A DNA stretch of 64,000 nucleotides, taken from positions 6,330,205 through 6,394,204 of the forward strand of contig JBNZDD010013714.1 of assembly GCA_050575255.1 (NCBI GenBank), given 5' to 3'. The DNA comes from Harriotta raleighana. Taxonomy: Eukaryota. The first letter of the stretch is position 1. Each line of letters opens with the position of its first letter. A model generated the notes under the pieces. The model did no database searches. It was given only the letters and a program-made list of their open reading frames with translations, and was not told where the DNA came from. The translations under genes were made by a program, and so were the position numbers. Shown here piece after piece: positions 50,561-64,000 of the stretch.

Positions 50561-53500
50561 GAACAGACTCAGTAAAACAACAGTGCATCAAATCTTATGC
50601 CACCTGTTTGGTTCAGTACCACGTCACATTTCCTCACTGATTAATTAATCCAAATCATCTGAGGTCTGCATTTTACCTGCATTTTTTCTATGGTATTGCA
50701 CCTGTGCTGAAGTGAAATAACAATAACTATCACCCCTCGCAGCAAAAGCTAGTTGGGTTTGTACATGTTCTGGATCTGCCATATCTTGAAGGTTCTGGTT
50801 AGGCATGGCCACACAATGTGTGTGTTACTGTCATAATCCTAAAGGTACTGACTTGACGAGCCTCAATTCCAACATCAAAGGCACTTGGCAGAAAGTCTAT
50901 TTCCCATTATCGCACACCTCCCCATCCCCCACCACCACCCCTCCAATCACAGTACAAGTTCAGTGACTTGGATTTAGGTCTTATAATATGACCCACTGAA
51001 AAGGATCACGTCTTCACTCTAGAGTCCTAAAAGGAAACATTTTGTAAAGCTTGCCTGGGATTTTTTCAAATCCTCAGAAAATCAAGGTCACAACTGATAA
51101 GGCTTTTAGGACATTCTGTAAAGTCCCTTAAGATTAGTCCCACAGGCCTCTCTCTGGGTGGTCAGCACTTTAATGTGAAAGACTGAAGGAGGAACTGGGT
51201 TCTTTCATGTTTAAGACGTGCGAACTTCTCATTTAAAACAATCCCAACCTTTATTAATAGAATTGCCGTCATATGTATATATTTAATCGCTGGCATGTTT
51301 GAGAGGCGCTATACAAGTGTGATTTTGTTGTTGTTGTTGATTGAAGTAGCAAAGACTGAGGAAGGCTGGGAGAATTACATTGGTTATACTGGGATGGTTT
51401 AGCAACTACTCTTCCATTTTACATTAGCATTTTACGACACGAGTAATAATTATCTGATTGAAAATGAACAGCCTGCAGCAAAATTGCACACATTTCTCAC
51501 CGCCACAGGCAGCCTGCGCTCTCAGCCCAACCAAACGGTCAGTGTTGCTGAAATCAGGGAAGTCCAGTGGATCAAGTCATGACTTTGAAATCCCTGCATC
51601 TTTGCTATAGTTCCGTGTCGGATCAAACAGAACTGCTTCCAATTGAACTGGCTGTGTAAACACACATACAGCAGAAATATAGCAAAAATGTGCACTACTT
51701 TACTCCATACCCCAACAGAGGCAAAGGGGTGGGACAGAGATCAGCAGGGGAATAGAAAACAGTCAAGAGAGATAGAGTCTTGAATACCCTGTAATAGCTC
51801 AGGTAGAGTGTTTCATCTGTACCGGGAAATCAACCTGCCAGGGAGGTCTTACAAACAATGTGTCTCGTCTAGTGAAAGCATTAGGAACAGTGTTCAGATT
51901 AAAAAGCTGATGGTTATTACAACCCGCCTCAAAAATAAAAATACAATTGAAATTAGGAGCACGGTGTGAGTTGAAGCGAAGTTGGAAGTTTTCAGTGCAT
52001 GAGTTTAAAGAATGATTTAAAAATTATTTGTAGAGAAAAAGACATTTTCCTAGCAGCGTTCATACACACATGATTTAGCCACACGCACTCAAGTAACCCA
52101 GATGAGCACACATACATATTTCTGGCTCTATAACTTGCTGCGTAGTGTCTGCCAACAGTCAGATGGTTCCCTTTGCCACAATAAACATTATAAATTTAGA
52201 AAACTATGTTTAAATAAATCTATTTTTTTTGGCAAGTTTTATTGATTCCAAATATCCCCCAAATCTGACTTCCTTTGAATTGCACGCTCTGTGAGCCTCA
52301 CAGGTAAATTTATAGAATTAACTTGGCCAATAGTCTGAAGGCTTTTTAATATAAGCATTATAAGAGAGGGAAAGAGGTAAAAGAGAGAGTCTCTATATTA
52401 AAAATAATTCTTACCGACAAGTCTACAACAGAGAGTATTTCCTTAAATGGGATGTTACATCAAAGGCGAAGGTTTATCACATTTTATTATTTTTTGAAGT
52501 TTTAGAGTGTAATTTTAGTCTGTGACTGGTTTAACTACTATATTTACGTCTGAATCTCTAAAAGTTAACAGATGTGACAAAGCAAGGTTTAAATGAAATT
52601 TCCTGATAACCATGTGGTTCTCCAGACTTGAAAGGGTGCATTAGATTTGGGGGCAGACAGCAGCATATTGGAATCTCAAACTGAAGGACTTAAGCAGATT
52701 ACATGGTTAAAATGTTGAAAGAGTTTGGATACTGACTCCCAATGGCTTTTATTCAATGCATTGTTTCTTTGAATCTCTTGAGCGCGATGGGGGAAATTTT
52801 TATTCTCTACTAATAAGAAAGAATTGCAATGATCTATTTTAAGAGTTCTAAACCAACTCGCTTCGTGAACCATCGGATTTAAAATAAATGTCCCGTCAGC
52901 AATGTCAACATCTTTTCCTGTCTGGTTGTGCTGGATCTAGGCAATCTAATCCATGTGGGTCCTGAGTGATTCAAGATGTACCAACACCTATGGGGAGAGA
53001 AAAGGAAAGGCGCTTTTGGAATCCTTAATAAAAGGCAGCATAAGAATTTACTTAGGAAATGCTTTATATCTGGTTTGTATCTTTGTGATGAGGATAGCAG
53101 AAGTGTCCTCATTTCCCCAATTTAACTAGAAGCATTCTTTAATAAATGGAAGATTCAAGTCTCACCATTTATTACCTTTTAAATATTAATAATCTTTGCG
53201 TTCGATACAGCCCCTTATTACGTTGTAGAAACGTCTCAAAGTGCTTTACAGAATATATTGTAAAGTGGATTGCCTGTGTAATTTTGGGGTGAAACAGATT
53301 GAATTAACGGTCTTCTAAGGCACCTCGGTAAACCGCTTGCCTTATTTCAATTTTTCTAATCGTTTTGTCCTTCCTAATATCTATAATGACTTTAAAGGTT
53401 ATGGTAATCCAACCCCGAAACTTAAGCTCCCGATGATTTCCAACACGTTTTTAAAGCTGTTCCTCAGTTTAGAACAGAAGGATTGACTGTTCCTTCATGC

Positions 53501-53814
53501 TTGGACACTATACTAGGCACAAGGGGAAACCTGGAGGATTGATAAAATTACTGGCACAGTTGGCTTGGGTCTACAATCGGAAATCCCAATCGAAGCACAC
53601 AAATTAAGTGTAATAATTTTACAAACCTGCAGAAATGTGTGCCCCAAGTGTGCCCGAACATTGGGAATGGGGGAAGTTGGCAGAACCAGGGAATTATATC
53701 AGTGGGTTTTGCTATTCTCTATGCCGACCAGCAAACACGGAAGAGGTCCTAGTTATCTGTGAGTTCAAGATCTGCTTGACAATCTTCCCTCCTTTTGGCC
53801 ACATGAAACTAGTA

Positions 53815-54483
53815 CGACACTGCCTCACCCCTCATGCTGCTGAGATACTGGTCCACGCCTTCATCACCTCAAGGCTGGACTATGGCAACTCTCTCCTTGT
53901 AGGCCTTCCCGGCTCCTCCATCCACAAGCTGCAGGTCATCCAGAACTCTGCAGCTCGTGTACTCTCCCGCACCAGGCTTCATGACCACATCACTCCCACC
54001 CTCGCCCGTCTCCACTGGCTCCCCATCCCCCAGAGGATCGAATTCAAGATCCTCATCCTCACCTACAAGGCCATTCACGGCCTTGCTCCCTCCTACCTCT
54101 CTGACCTACTATCCCCCTATCTACCTGCCCGTACCCTCCGTTCCTCTGGCACTGGTCTGCTCCACAGCCCTTGCCCTAACCGTCCTACCATCGGCGGCCG
54201 GGCTTTCAGCCGCTCAGCCCCCAGGCTCTGGAACTCCATCCCCTTGTGCCTTCGCCTCGCTCCCTCCCTTTCCTCTTTCAAGGCCGGTCTCAAGACCTTT
54301 CTCTTCGACCGTGCCTTCAACTCCCCTCTCGAGTCTCTACCCCCTCCTTGCTCCCACCCTTCCCCCCCCTCGCCCTGAACATTTTCCCTTGCTCGGGTCC
54401 TGAACCAATCTGTCCAGCGCCTTGGGACGTCCTCCTGACGTGAAACGCGCTCTATAAGTGTAATTTTGTTGTTGTTGTTGTTG
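53815..54483 (+). mobile_element. Young L2-A, 5'-truncated, with an intact ORF2 C-terminus
   Basis: Uninterrupted frame LVHAFITSRLDYGNSLLVGLP..LHWLPIPQRIEFKI..GGRAFSRSAPRLWNSIP..FKAGLKTFLF; (GTT)n tail; TAGTA direct repeats at 53810-53814 and 54484-54488. Confidence 0.95.
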
Positions 54484-56526
54484 TAGTAATCACAAAAGTG
54501 GAATAGATTTTACAGATTTTTTAAAAATGTTCAAACTTAAAGAAACTGCGCAGTGTTAGTGTATTTTACAGTGCCAATCACCCAACTAGGAACAATTTTT
54601 TAAATCACAAGATGCATCACTCCCAATGAACAGAGCCTTGTCAGGTGTGAGAGAGGCAGATCCACACAATTACACCACTGTGCTTTGGATCAAGCATGGA
54701 ATACAAGAAACATCAAACCATTGGAATCTATGAATCATGTGACACTGAAATTCAAAAGTATCCCACAGGGCACAATATTTATTCCCATTTACAGCCACCA
54801 CACACAGAGACACCGACTCCTAGCCATGGCGTCAAGTGGGAACTGGAAATAAATTAAGGAAGTGGTGCCAAGGTAAACTAGTTGGAAACGGGCCCATTTC
54901 TGAGGTGCTGATGGGCTGGCATGCTTTAATACAGATTGCTGTATGAATGAAAATTATGTTATCTTGTGCACTACACGGTTTTAATAGGCACACAGGCCAG
55001 CAATCTGAAGTGAACAGCGTGGTTCTAAGCAAAGACTCACACTCCAAAGAGAGCTCATTAGCCCCATTTTACCCAATATGGGGCTGAGCTCCTTATCTCT
55101 AAGCATCGAAATTGATAGCTACTTCAACGATTTGAAGCCATGTTTCAGGAACAAAGCCTATAGGAACAAATCTACTCCATCAATGTAAAGGTTAATATAC
55201 AGTATATGGGAAGATCTATCTTTTTAATTATACATGTTCACCTTTTTCTCCATGTTGTTAACACACTTACTTCCAAAGTGCCTATCCACGTTCCTTTTCA
55301 ACATTTATTCTACAGAAACAGGAAGACCAGGGCTACAGACCATCGCAGACCATCACATCTACATCAAGAGTCCTCACATCCTACTTTAATAATGTATCTG
55401 CTCCAGGGATATAATGATAATAATCCTTGCATTTGATATAGCTGTTTTTGCATTTTCTAGACGTCTCAAAGCGCTTCACAGAATATACTGTAAAGCGAAT
55501 TGACTGTATATTCATGGGAGAAAAATAATTATAGTATAAATACTATAAGAACAGCTCATTTTCATACTTACTATGCCATTACATCACCACAATCACTACA
55601 GCAACAACTTGCATTTATATAGCACACAACAACAACTTAATAATAACAATCCTTGCATTTATATAGCATCCTTGATGCGGGATAGCAGAGCACTTTGTCT
55701 ATCTGCTAAGTATCAACTTATGTTACATTGCCACTGGATTCAAACAAGTACAAATGGATAACATGGATGCTATACTGTACGTTATTTTACTTGACATGCC
55801 ACTATTTCAGCATTGTTTCTCGATCAGTTTGTTCAGGGTTACTTGGTACAGAAAAAAAACATCAACTTGGTTTTGCAAACTGGAATTTATGTATATATAA
55901 GTAAAGCAGGTTTAGATTGTGTTACAAGCCTGCCATAAGCCACAAAGGTTTAACTTTAAGTCATTTATATCATCTTTGGAATCTCACAGAGGAATTATAG
56001 TATATACTAAACGTGACTACTTTTTGTATTACATACTGTATTTAGCATTTCCATTTCAGATTTACCATTTAACTCTTTACAGAGAATTATGACCACTAAT
56101 TTGTTCAGTCCCCATCACCATGCAGTTCCAGGGTTTGCTGCACAGCTTTGCCTCTTATGGCAGGAAGTGGAAGTTTTACTGTTCAATAAATAATAGCAGC
56201 TTTATGATGTGAGAGAAAGGGAAAGTGAGTTACTGAGAAATGCCCAACCAGAACATATGATATCTTTATAGCAGAATTTCTTTCCTGTCAAAAAGAACAA
56301 ACGAGCAAATATTTTTGTAGCAGTTACTGACCGGACAAATGCAGCAGCCCCTTTCCTCAGAGTATTTTAGTTTTAATGATGTATATAATCTCTTGCAATC
56401 TCAAAAGATGTCAGCCATACCAGTTTCAGCATATCTGTACACATGCCAACACACCCACTTTTGTAACAAAGCACAAAGTTAAAGCATCTTCTGGACTTGC
56501 TGTAAATACAGAATGGGACTGACACA

Positions 56527-56727
56527 ATCAATCAATCAAAATTGCATTTATATAGCGCCTTTCACGTCAGGAGGACGTCCCAAGATGTCATACAGTCAAG
56601 TAGGGATCAGAGCGGCGGGGAGGCCGGGTTGGGGGAAGGAAAGTAAGAAAAAAAAATTGACTGTATATTTGTGGGCGAAACGCGGCAGCCAAATTGCGTA
56701 CAGCAGTGTCCCACAAACAGTCATGGA
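56527..56727 (-). mobile_element. L2-A-like tail with a (TGAT)n end, abutting a SINE internal fragment
   Basis: aatcaatcaatc-aaaattgcatttatatagcgcctttcacgtcaggaggacgtcc, then SINE core ttgactgtatatttgtgggcgaaacgcggcagccaaattgcg. Confidence 0.75.
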
Positions 56728-59700
56728 ATTCTGGTTAGGAGAGAAAGGGGAAAAAGATGGCAAGGGAAGGAGAAGGAGAGCAGGAAAAACCAACTGTTTA
56801 TAGATACAAGTTAGTGAGATACAGACAGACAAGACAGGGAGACAAATAGAAACAAGGCGCATCAAACAAGACACTCACACAGAAACACACAAAATATAAA
56901 AAGAGGTATAGATAGAAAAGACATTCTGAGAAAGAAAAAAATTTAAAGTGTAGTCAGCTCATGTGTCCTGCATAGCTGAAGTGTGTGGAAGTTTAGTCGC
57001 TAACTGAAGAGCAATTGGTGCATTCAGCCTCTTATCCACAAGTAATAATAATCTCTGCATTTGATATAGGGCTTTTCACATCTGCTAAACGTCTCAAAGC
57101 ACTTCACAGAACATACTGTAAAGTAAATTGACTGTATATCGACTGTATATTTGATTATCTTTCACACAAGTGTGAAAGATAATCTTATTGTAGTTTCATT
57201 GCCGCACTGCACCATTGTTGATTGCAATCTCATATGACAAATTGTTAGTAGATTTCAGGCACGTCACCACCCATCATGTCCAAGCAAGAATTTTATTATT
57301 TGTAATAAAGCTGACTGATGTGAGGCCAAGGGCACAACATGAAAATTACTGCACAACTGCATAAAAATTACTGCATCAAAAAAATTTATAAAGATAAAAC
57401 AGTCAGGGTTTTGAAATGGACTTTCAAACGAATAAGAATCCATTAGCTGCATTATTAGTTTTTCTTAAAGGAAAATTATAGATTACTCTTCATATTAAGT
57501 TGATCGAGATAAAGAAAAGGCTATTGTACTTCTCTGGCACACAACTCCTTGCTGATGCTCTGAACAAGGCCCACATATATTGTAGCATTACTACCTTTTT
57601 TCCCCAAGTCCGAGAGCGGACGGGAGAAGGATGAATACTTGAGCTGGCTTCATGACGATACAGTCTGAGTGCAACTTAGATACTGTACCTACATTTCACA
57701 CCACCTTCAACCTCATAATAACTCGGAAGAGTACTGTAACTTCTAATACTGACAGTCTCTACTGTGCACGATTCTCTCGCATTGTGAATGTAGGTTCTGG
57801 TGACACTGGACTGGTATCTAGACAGAGTCTAACTGTGGCAAGAAGCCAGGACACTTTCCAAAAAAAAACAGGGTTGATGCTGTGATGAAAAGAAGGCTAG
57901 GTTACACTGAAAGGATGAGATCAGTTGTGCCGAAGGGCTTTCTTTATCCAAGCTAATCTTGTGACCTAATGTGAGTAAGATAACTGTTGCAACACAGCGC
58001 AGTTGGTGTCACTGATTTTACACAATGGAGACGCTTCATCTCTTCTGTGGTTTGAGATTAGTGGGCATGATTGCTGGAACAATTAGGCCTGCGCCTCCTG
58101 TGCTAAACACAGCAACTGGATGCCCTAGACTCCCATTAAAGAGAACACAGAATGGGGGGATGCATTTATCCAAATACTGTGACACTCCTGAGCTATTCAC
58201 ACCGACTGCTCTGACTGATTCCATTCTCAAAGCTAATGTCGTTGGTCACATAATATGACCTTGATGGCAATGTGACTTTCTGTAAGCTTCTTCGAAGATT
58301 TGGGAACAGAATGTGAAAAAGCAATACATTTTACATCAAAATAATAATCACTTTTGTAAAGATTAAAATTCAATACAAATTCACATTAATGTAGACTAGA
58401 CCCTTTCACATTGGGAGGATGAAAAATGATATGGATTGGACTGTTTTACTGCAAACATACATCAACAAGAACACTGCACCTTGCAAGAGCGTTGTTCGGA
58501 TCTATGATCCCCAGGAGCAATGAACAAACTTGCTACTTGCTCTCCCCAAACACTAAAGACGAGTTGCTCAGACATTGCAGGTACAATTCTTCCAATCCCT
58601 CAGTGCAAAAACCTGCAGCTTTAGGGATCTACTAATTGTCTCACGAAAGAAATCCTTTAAATTCTTCAGGAAGGATTAAAGGACCTGAACTATTTAATTG
58701 CTGTGAGAATGTGACTAATCCTGGACGTCATGTTCAGTTGCAGATTCAACACTGAGAAAGAAAGTAAAAGTGTCCGCAGTTTTCAAAACACAATGAACAC
58801 CAGAAGCTGGCTTGTTCTTTTCCCAACTCCGACTCCCTACCATGTGCCAATTGTCATGGCTGACTTTCCCGCTTGAAATGCACCCTACCCCCAACCAGCG
58901 CCTTTTTTCCACCATCTGTGTTTCTAATCAACATGTCAGCCCCAGCAAAGCCCAGATGATGAAAGGGAAACGTCTTGGCTCCAAAGCCTACTGGAAAGGC
59001 AGCTTGACTGATCAAAGCCCAGTCACTGCTGTTTGCACTGTATTAGTTTAATGAGTGCCATTAAGTGCTCAACAGATTTGATAAACATTTGTCTGCTGAT
59101 TCCATGCAGTCGCAGGAACAAATTTACAGATTTTCATCCAAGAACACAAATTCAGTGCACATGCAAAATTGATGAAAGGAATTCTAGGCTTTAGAAGTGA
59201 TTTTACATTAGTGTGAGTTTATCGAATGGCTGAAAGCCACTTCTCTTTCTTTTTCGGATTGTATTGATTTATAAGTACTGTATTCTAATTCAAGGTAAAC
59301 AGACACACATAAGACAAGAAGCATTAATAGCTTCCCCACTTCCTTCTGAAAACAATTGTTGCATGTAAGTTTCAACTGGACCAGCTACAGTATTGGCTGC
59401 TTTCAATACCTTTAATTAGGTATCTTATGCAGGTCAGGAGACAGCAATGATCAATTACAGGGAAGAGCAACCTTTCATCTGCCTGGAAAGGAAGCAAAAG
59501 ATACTGAAACATTTCAGAGGATGAATGGTTAGCATTAAAGAAGATAAAAGTGCAGTAGTGAACCAAGCTAGCACACACTGTACAGCCAGGGTGAGCTCCA
59601 CGCCAGACAGATTTTAAAAGTACACAGACATATTTTAACTGGCAACACATGTAGAGATTTCAACAGAATTACCCCAAAGTCAGTAGGTTCGCAAATAAAT

Positions 59701-60416
59701 CACTGAACGGAAAATGTACCTGTTGGGATTTCAGTACCAGAAGATTTCAAAACTCCGGTGGATACCGTGGCTGCATCTTACACCAAGATAGTTACTGTCT
59801 ACATTTGTTATTTAACCATTGAGCAATATTTCATAATTCACCCGCACTCACGGACCTCATTTGTTCAAACTCATTAACTGCTCTCGATATGCTGTTTAAC
59901 TTTCCAAATGTATTGCTGTGTAAGTCATGCAACTAACACGTATTTGTTACAGAGGCACAGAACTCTGTTCAGGATCCAGGGCGAGTGATTCAGAACAAAC
60001 AGGCAAAAATGAATAAGGCTTCCGACATCTGTATACCTTAGCAAGCAATGTCTCATCACTTCCAGACATGTAAAAGAAACATTGGAAAGTTTTAGTGCTA
60101 CACCCTAAAGCATGAATAACACTGGGACTTTGAAAATTAGGAAATGTGTCACTCTTGTCCTATATCTCTCTGCTCACTGCATGTCACATTGGGGTTAATT
60201 CATGTTGCACATCAATATACAGTACTTGCAAAATGAAATAGCGCATCACTGGGTGCAATTACTGAGTGTGAATGAATGGTAGCACAATTATGGATGAATC
60301 ATGACACTTCTCTCAGTGGTTAAATAACTATTTAACATTTAAAATTAAATATTTGAAAGGATTCCACATTAATAATGTAAGCCTAGCTAAAAAAGATAAG
60401 ATTGTATCAATAAATC

Positions 60417-61065
60417 GTGCCTTCTACCACCTCCAACAGATCTCCCATCTCCGGCAATACCTCACTCCAAAAGCCGCTGGTCCATGACTTTGTCACCTCT
60501 CGGCTGGACTATTGCAATGCCCTCCTCTCCGGTCTCCCCTCCACCACAATCCATAAAATCCAGCTAATCCAAAACTGTGCTGCCCGCATACTCACCCGCT
60601 CCAAGCTTCGCTCCCCCATTACCCCAGTCCTTGCTAGACTTCACTGGCCCCCTATCCCAGAGAGGATCGACTTCAAGATCCTCACCTTTGTTTTCAAATC
60701 CCTCCACTCCTCTGCACCCCCCTATCTCTCTGATCTTCTCTCCCCCCAAACCAGCACCCGCTGCCTTCGCTCCTCTGGGTCTGGCCTCCTCCATGTCCCC
60801 CGAATCCTCCGCCCCACACTCGGCGGCCGTGCCTTCAGCCACTACGCCCCGAGGCTCTGGAATTCCCTCCTCACTCCCTTCACCTCGCCTCCTCTCTTCC
60901 CAGCTTCAGGTCACAGCTGAAGACCTTTCTCTTCGACCGCGCTTTTGGTCATTTCTCTGCCCCTTGCCCGTGGCTCGGTCCCAGGATCCACTATTGTGAA
61001 GCGCTCTGAGACGCCGTCCTGCGTGGAGGGTGCTATATAAATTGAAGTTGTTGTTGTTGTTGTTG
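60417..61065 (+). mobile_element. L2-B LINE 3' fragment
   Basis: [51 protein letters not shown], small frameshifting deletions and a (GTT)n tail. Confidence 0.93.
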
Positions 61066-64000
61066 AACAACATTATTTCCCTACCAACCAACATTCTGGA
61101 AGAACAAATAATCCATCAACAAGCAATAAACCGCACAAAAAATATAATGGTATCAAGAATATGATCCTCCTTGGAAGGAGGTCTCGTTGGATTTGAATCG
61201 ACTCCATGCTGACAAGCCTGGAAAAGGGCATAGAGTTTATTTGTGTTGCTTTATCTGGAGGGCTTGATAATCCAACACCTGAGACTTGCAGGTCTGTGTT
61301 GCTTCAAGGCAATGCTATCACCTAACCCTGCCTACCTGAGCAATCATTGGGACTTACAAAATGCCACTGGAGAATGAAATACTTCCCACTTGGCTCCTCC
61401 AGGTAATCATGCAAGCCAATGCCTAATGGGAAAAGTGTTCCGGGCTGGACAAGTAATCCGAAGTTTCCCGGTATCTGTTACAAAAACACCATCTCTCTCT
61501 TACAACAGCAACGTTGATTTATATTGCACCCTCCAAGGTGGACAGCATCTCGGAGCGCTTACTAGTAAGCTGCATAGATTCAGCTGGTTCAATTTTAGTA
61601 GCACTCCCGATGTACACTTTAGGATTCCTGCTGGGTTGGCGTCTGTCAACCTAGCCATAGATAAGAGGGGTTTGTATGAAGGAGATATGTTCAATCAATA
61701 ACTTGCCAACTGAAACTGCTACTATTTGGAACTAGGAACTTTTAAGTAGGGTTTTTTTCCGCCTGTCTCAATTGATGACAAAAGACATTTTGAAAGAAAC
61801 TTCAGAATGAAACACATTTCCACCTTCGTGTGGGTTTCTATGACTCACTAACCTTGGGCTGAGAATTACTCATTGATGTGAATGACCACTACTACTCAAC
61901 ACCAGCAGAAAAGTTGCAAGAACAACTTCCAATGACACTGCAATCCACACACAGTTTTTTTAATATAGTAGTTAAAAATCTATAAGGGTTTTCTTCTAAA
62001 AGTGAGCAATTTGTATTCCAGATGTGTAAGGTGAGATATTACTGTATACTGCATTTCTATTAACAAATGCTGTCTACCTTCATCTGCACAAACTGATGGA
62101 ATCCTACAAATTAAGGCACTTTTAACCCTGTTGAGATGAGCTCCAATAGAATTGTTGGTGTGCCCATCTTTTCCACATGGAGTCCATAGAGTTAATTAAA
62201 CCAACCATTTGCAAAAACATCAAAGAAAGGAGTGCAGTCATGATGAACCCAATGGAGATCAGTTAATACAAGGATTGACTCCTGCCTCTTCAAACTGACC
62301 AATTCAAAGTGAATTAGTGCCTGGCATTTACAGTCATAATTCCTTCTCATGTAAAGGAAGAGGCGTCTTTCTTCACCAGTAACCTGACTTGACTTGAATC
62401 ACTTAAAAAGAGGGTGGGATTGGAGTGTGGGATACTCTTTCACCAGGTGGTGTGAGATGTCAGTTTAAGTGGCTAGATTTTCATATACAGGCTACTTGGA
62501 TTCTCTCAACTTCCATGTTTCTAATGACATCCATGCTTGGAATAATTGTTTTGGGTGTTCCAACAGGCAAATATGTTTCATGCCACAGTTATAATGACCA
62601 CAAAAATGAAACTCTAAATCAACTTGTTTGTATGCAAAGCACAGCCACATGGAAAGAAATTTGACTAATTTTTGCCATTACACCATTTTGGACTACGTAT
62701 TTCTATTTTCTGACACTTTATTGCCTGCTGTGATTCAAATTGTCCTTTCGTGGTATGATCTTGTGAACTCCTTCAATATTCTCAGGAGGGAAGTTTAAAA
62801 TGGAATACACTTTAGGAATTTACTTCAAAATAACATTGCTTCATAAATTAAAACAACTTATATATTATAAATAACTTACATAAGTTATTTTCAATCAATT
62901 CCTTTTAAGGTTGTGTCCAGTCCTTTGTCGCTGCCGTAACTTAAATGATTAATTTTCATTATTTTTGAAAAATGATAAAAGTTAAACATATTATTTAAAA
63001 ATAACTATGTGCAAGTACAAAAACAGATTAATTTTTTCAATAAATCAGTATCCTTTAAAATGCATATTAGAGCTTGAAAAAGAATCCTCTATAGGAAACA
63101 GAAGTCAAGCATTTGATGCTTGACTTTATTAGATCAGAGGTAAAACATCCATGGAATGCTGCAAACATGTCCATATACAATCTTATGCCTGCATTGCCTT
63201 TAACACATGGGAATTCTACACAAGAAAACAGTCAATAGAGAGAAAGGGTTAACATGTATTGCTCCCCTTCCAACATTCCTCAACTCAGTGTCACTTTACA
63301 AAAATGAAGAACAATAAAAAACATATAACTGTTCCAACAGAGGATAGGTCTACAAATTAAATGGATATCTAACCGTCTAGTCAAACTTCTTAATGAGTCT
63401 AGCCATGGGACTGTGCATTAGCGGACTTAGTGAAAAAAATCAAATTCAATTATCAACTGTTCAGTACTAACAAGATGTGGCCTCAGTACCCTAATGGTCT
63501 AATTACTAGAAAAATCCTCAGGAGCCATTAAAGTGCAGCTGAAGTGCTTCTTTTGGATGACATAAGCAACAAATAAAGCAAATTACACGGATTGTGCACT
63601 TTGAATCCTGCATGCCCCAGAAATTCTACTGGAATTGCATGAATATAAATAATTGTGTTTTTATCAGTTTATAGGATCAGACTGTAAACGATTAAATAAC
63701 TCGGGGACTTTGTTATTTTCATTTTGGTGGTGTAAATTGCAGATAGAAATTTTTCAATGATCCTATGTTTAGGAAATCCCATGCTTTCGAGAGTTTGTTA
63801 CTGCTGTCAACGACATTGATACGTTCTTCCTCTGATTCAATGTGTAGATGCACATTAGCACTGAGCCATTCAGTAGGCTGAGATCCTAGATATGCCAATC
63901 CTAATCTGCATGCAGCTATTTGATCTCAGCCAGGACAATGATGGCAGCACTATAACTGGAAAGGAGGCGGGGAGGTAATAAAACAGCCGGGCTTCCCACT

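Noticed and set aside
53635-54378. Longest ORF in the track (247 aa) as a novel gene
   Set aside because: From ~53815 it is the L2 ORF2 C-terminus; the N-terminal part is chance read-through from flanking DNA, antisense within an nkd1 intron.
9338-57140. Recurrent palindromic ~35-bp motif as a CRISPR-like repeat system
   Set aside because: The copies are dispersed on both strands, have no regular spacers, and are SINE/L2 3' tails in a vertebrate genome.
60417-60999. Overlapping 167-, 140- and 92-aa ORFs
   Set aside because: All are frames of one L2-B fragment.

Overview
Eukaryotic (vertebrate) genomic DNA, not prokaryotic. The repeat content (young L2 LINEs, CR1, tRNA- and Deu-type SINEs with L2-type tails, Penelope-like fragments) points to a cartilaginous fish, probably a holocephalan (inference). 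The only gene I can support is naked cuticle homolog 1 (nkd1), a Wnt feedback antagonist, on the minus strand. Seven coding exons were reconstructed by hand (48346-48403, 37558-37661, 34819-34914, 30488-30632, 29330-29414, 28844-28974, 27402-27985). All have GT-AG junctions and consistent phases, giving 1203 nt = 400 aa + stop, with the EFX domain, the conserved ~30-aa motif and the poly-His ...HHHHYHHFYQT end. The N-terminal exons were not found and probably lie beyond the right edge. A ~2.6 kb 3'UTR follows, then ~24 kb with no recognisable coding exon. Most ORFs in the supplied track are spurious or LINE-derived. I found no convincing novel biological system. The best second-look items are clustered TCF/LEF motifs (candidate Wnt-response enhancers, one paired with a Helper-like site), paired let-7, miR-15/16 and miR-200 seed matches in the 3'UTR, a cryptic retroviral integrase relic, ancient SINE relics, a covarying 3' stem-loop shared by LINE and SINE families, and N-flanked duplications that look like both haplotypes written in tandem. 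Repeat boundaries are approximate, and repeat family names come from recalled consensus sequences, not database searches.
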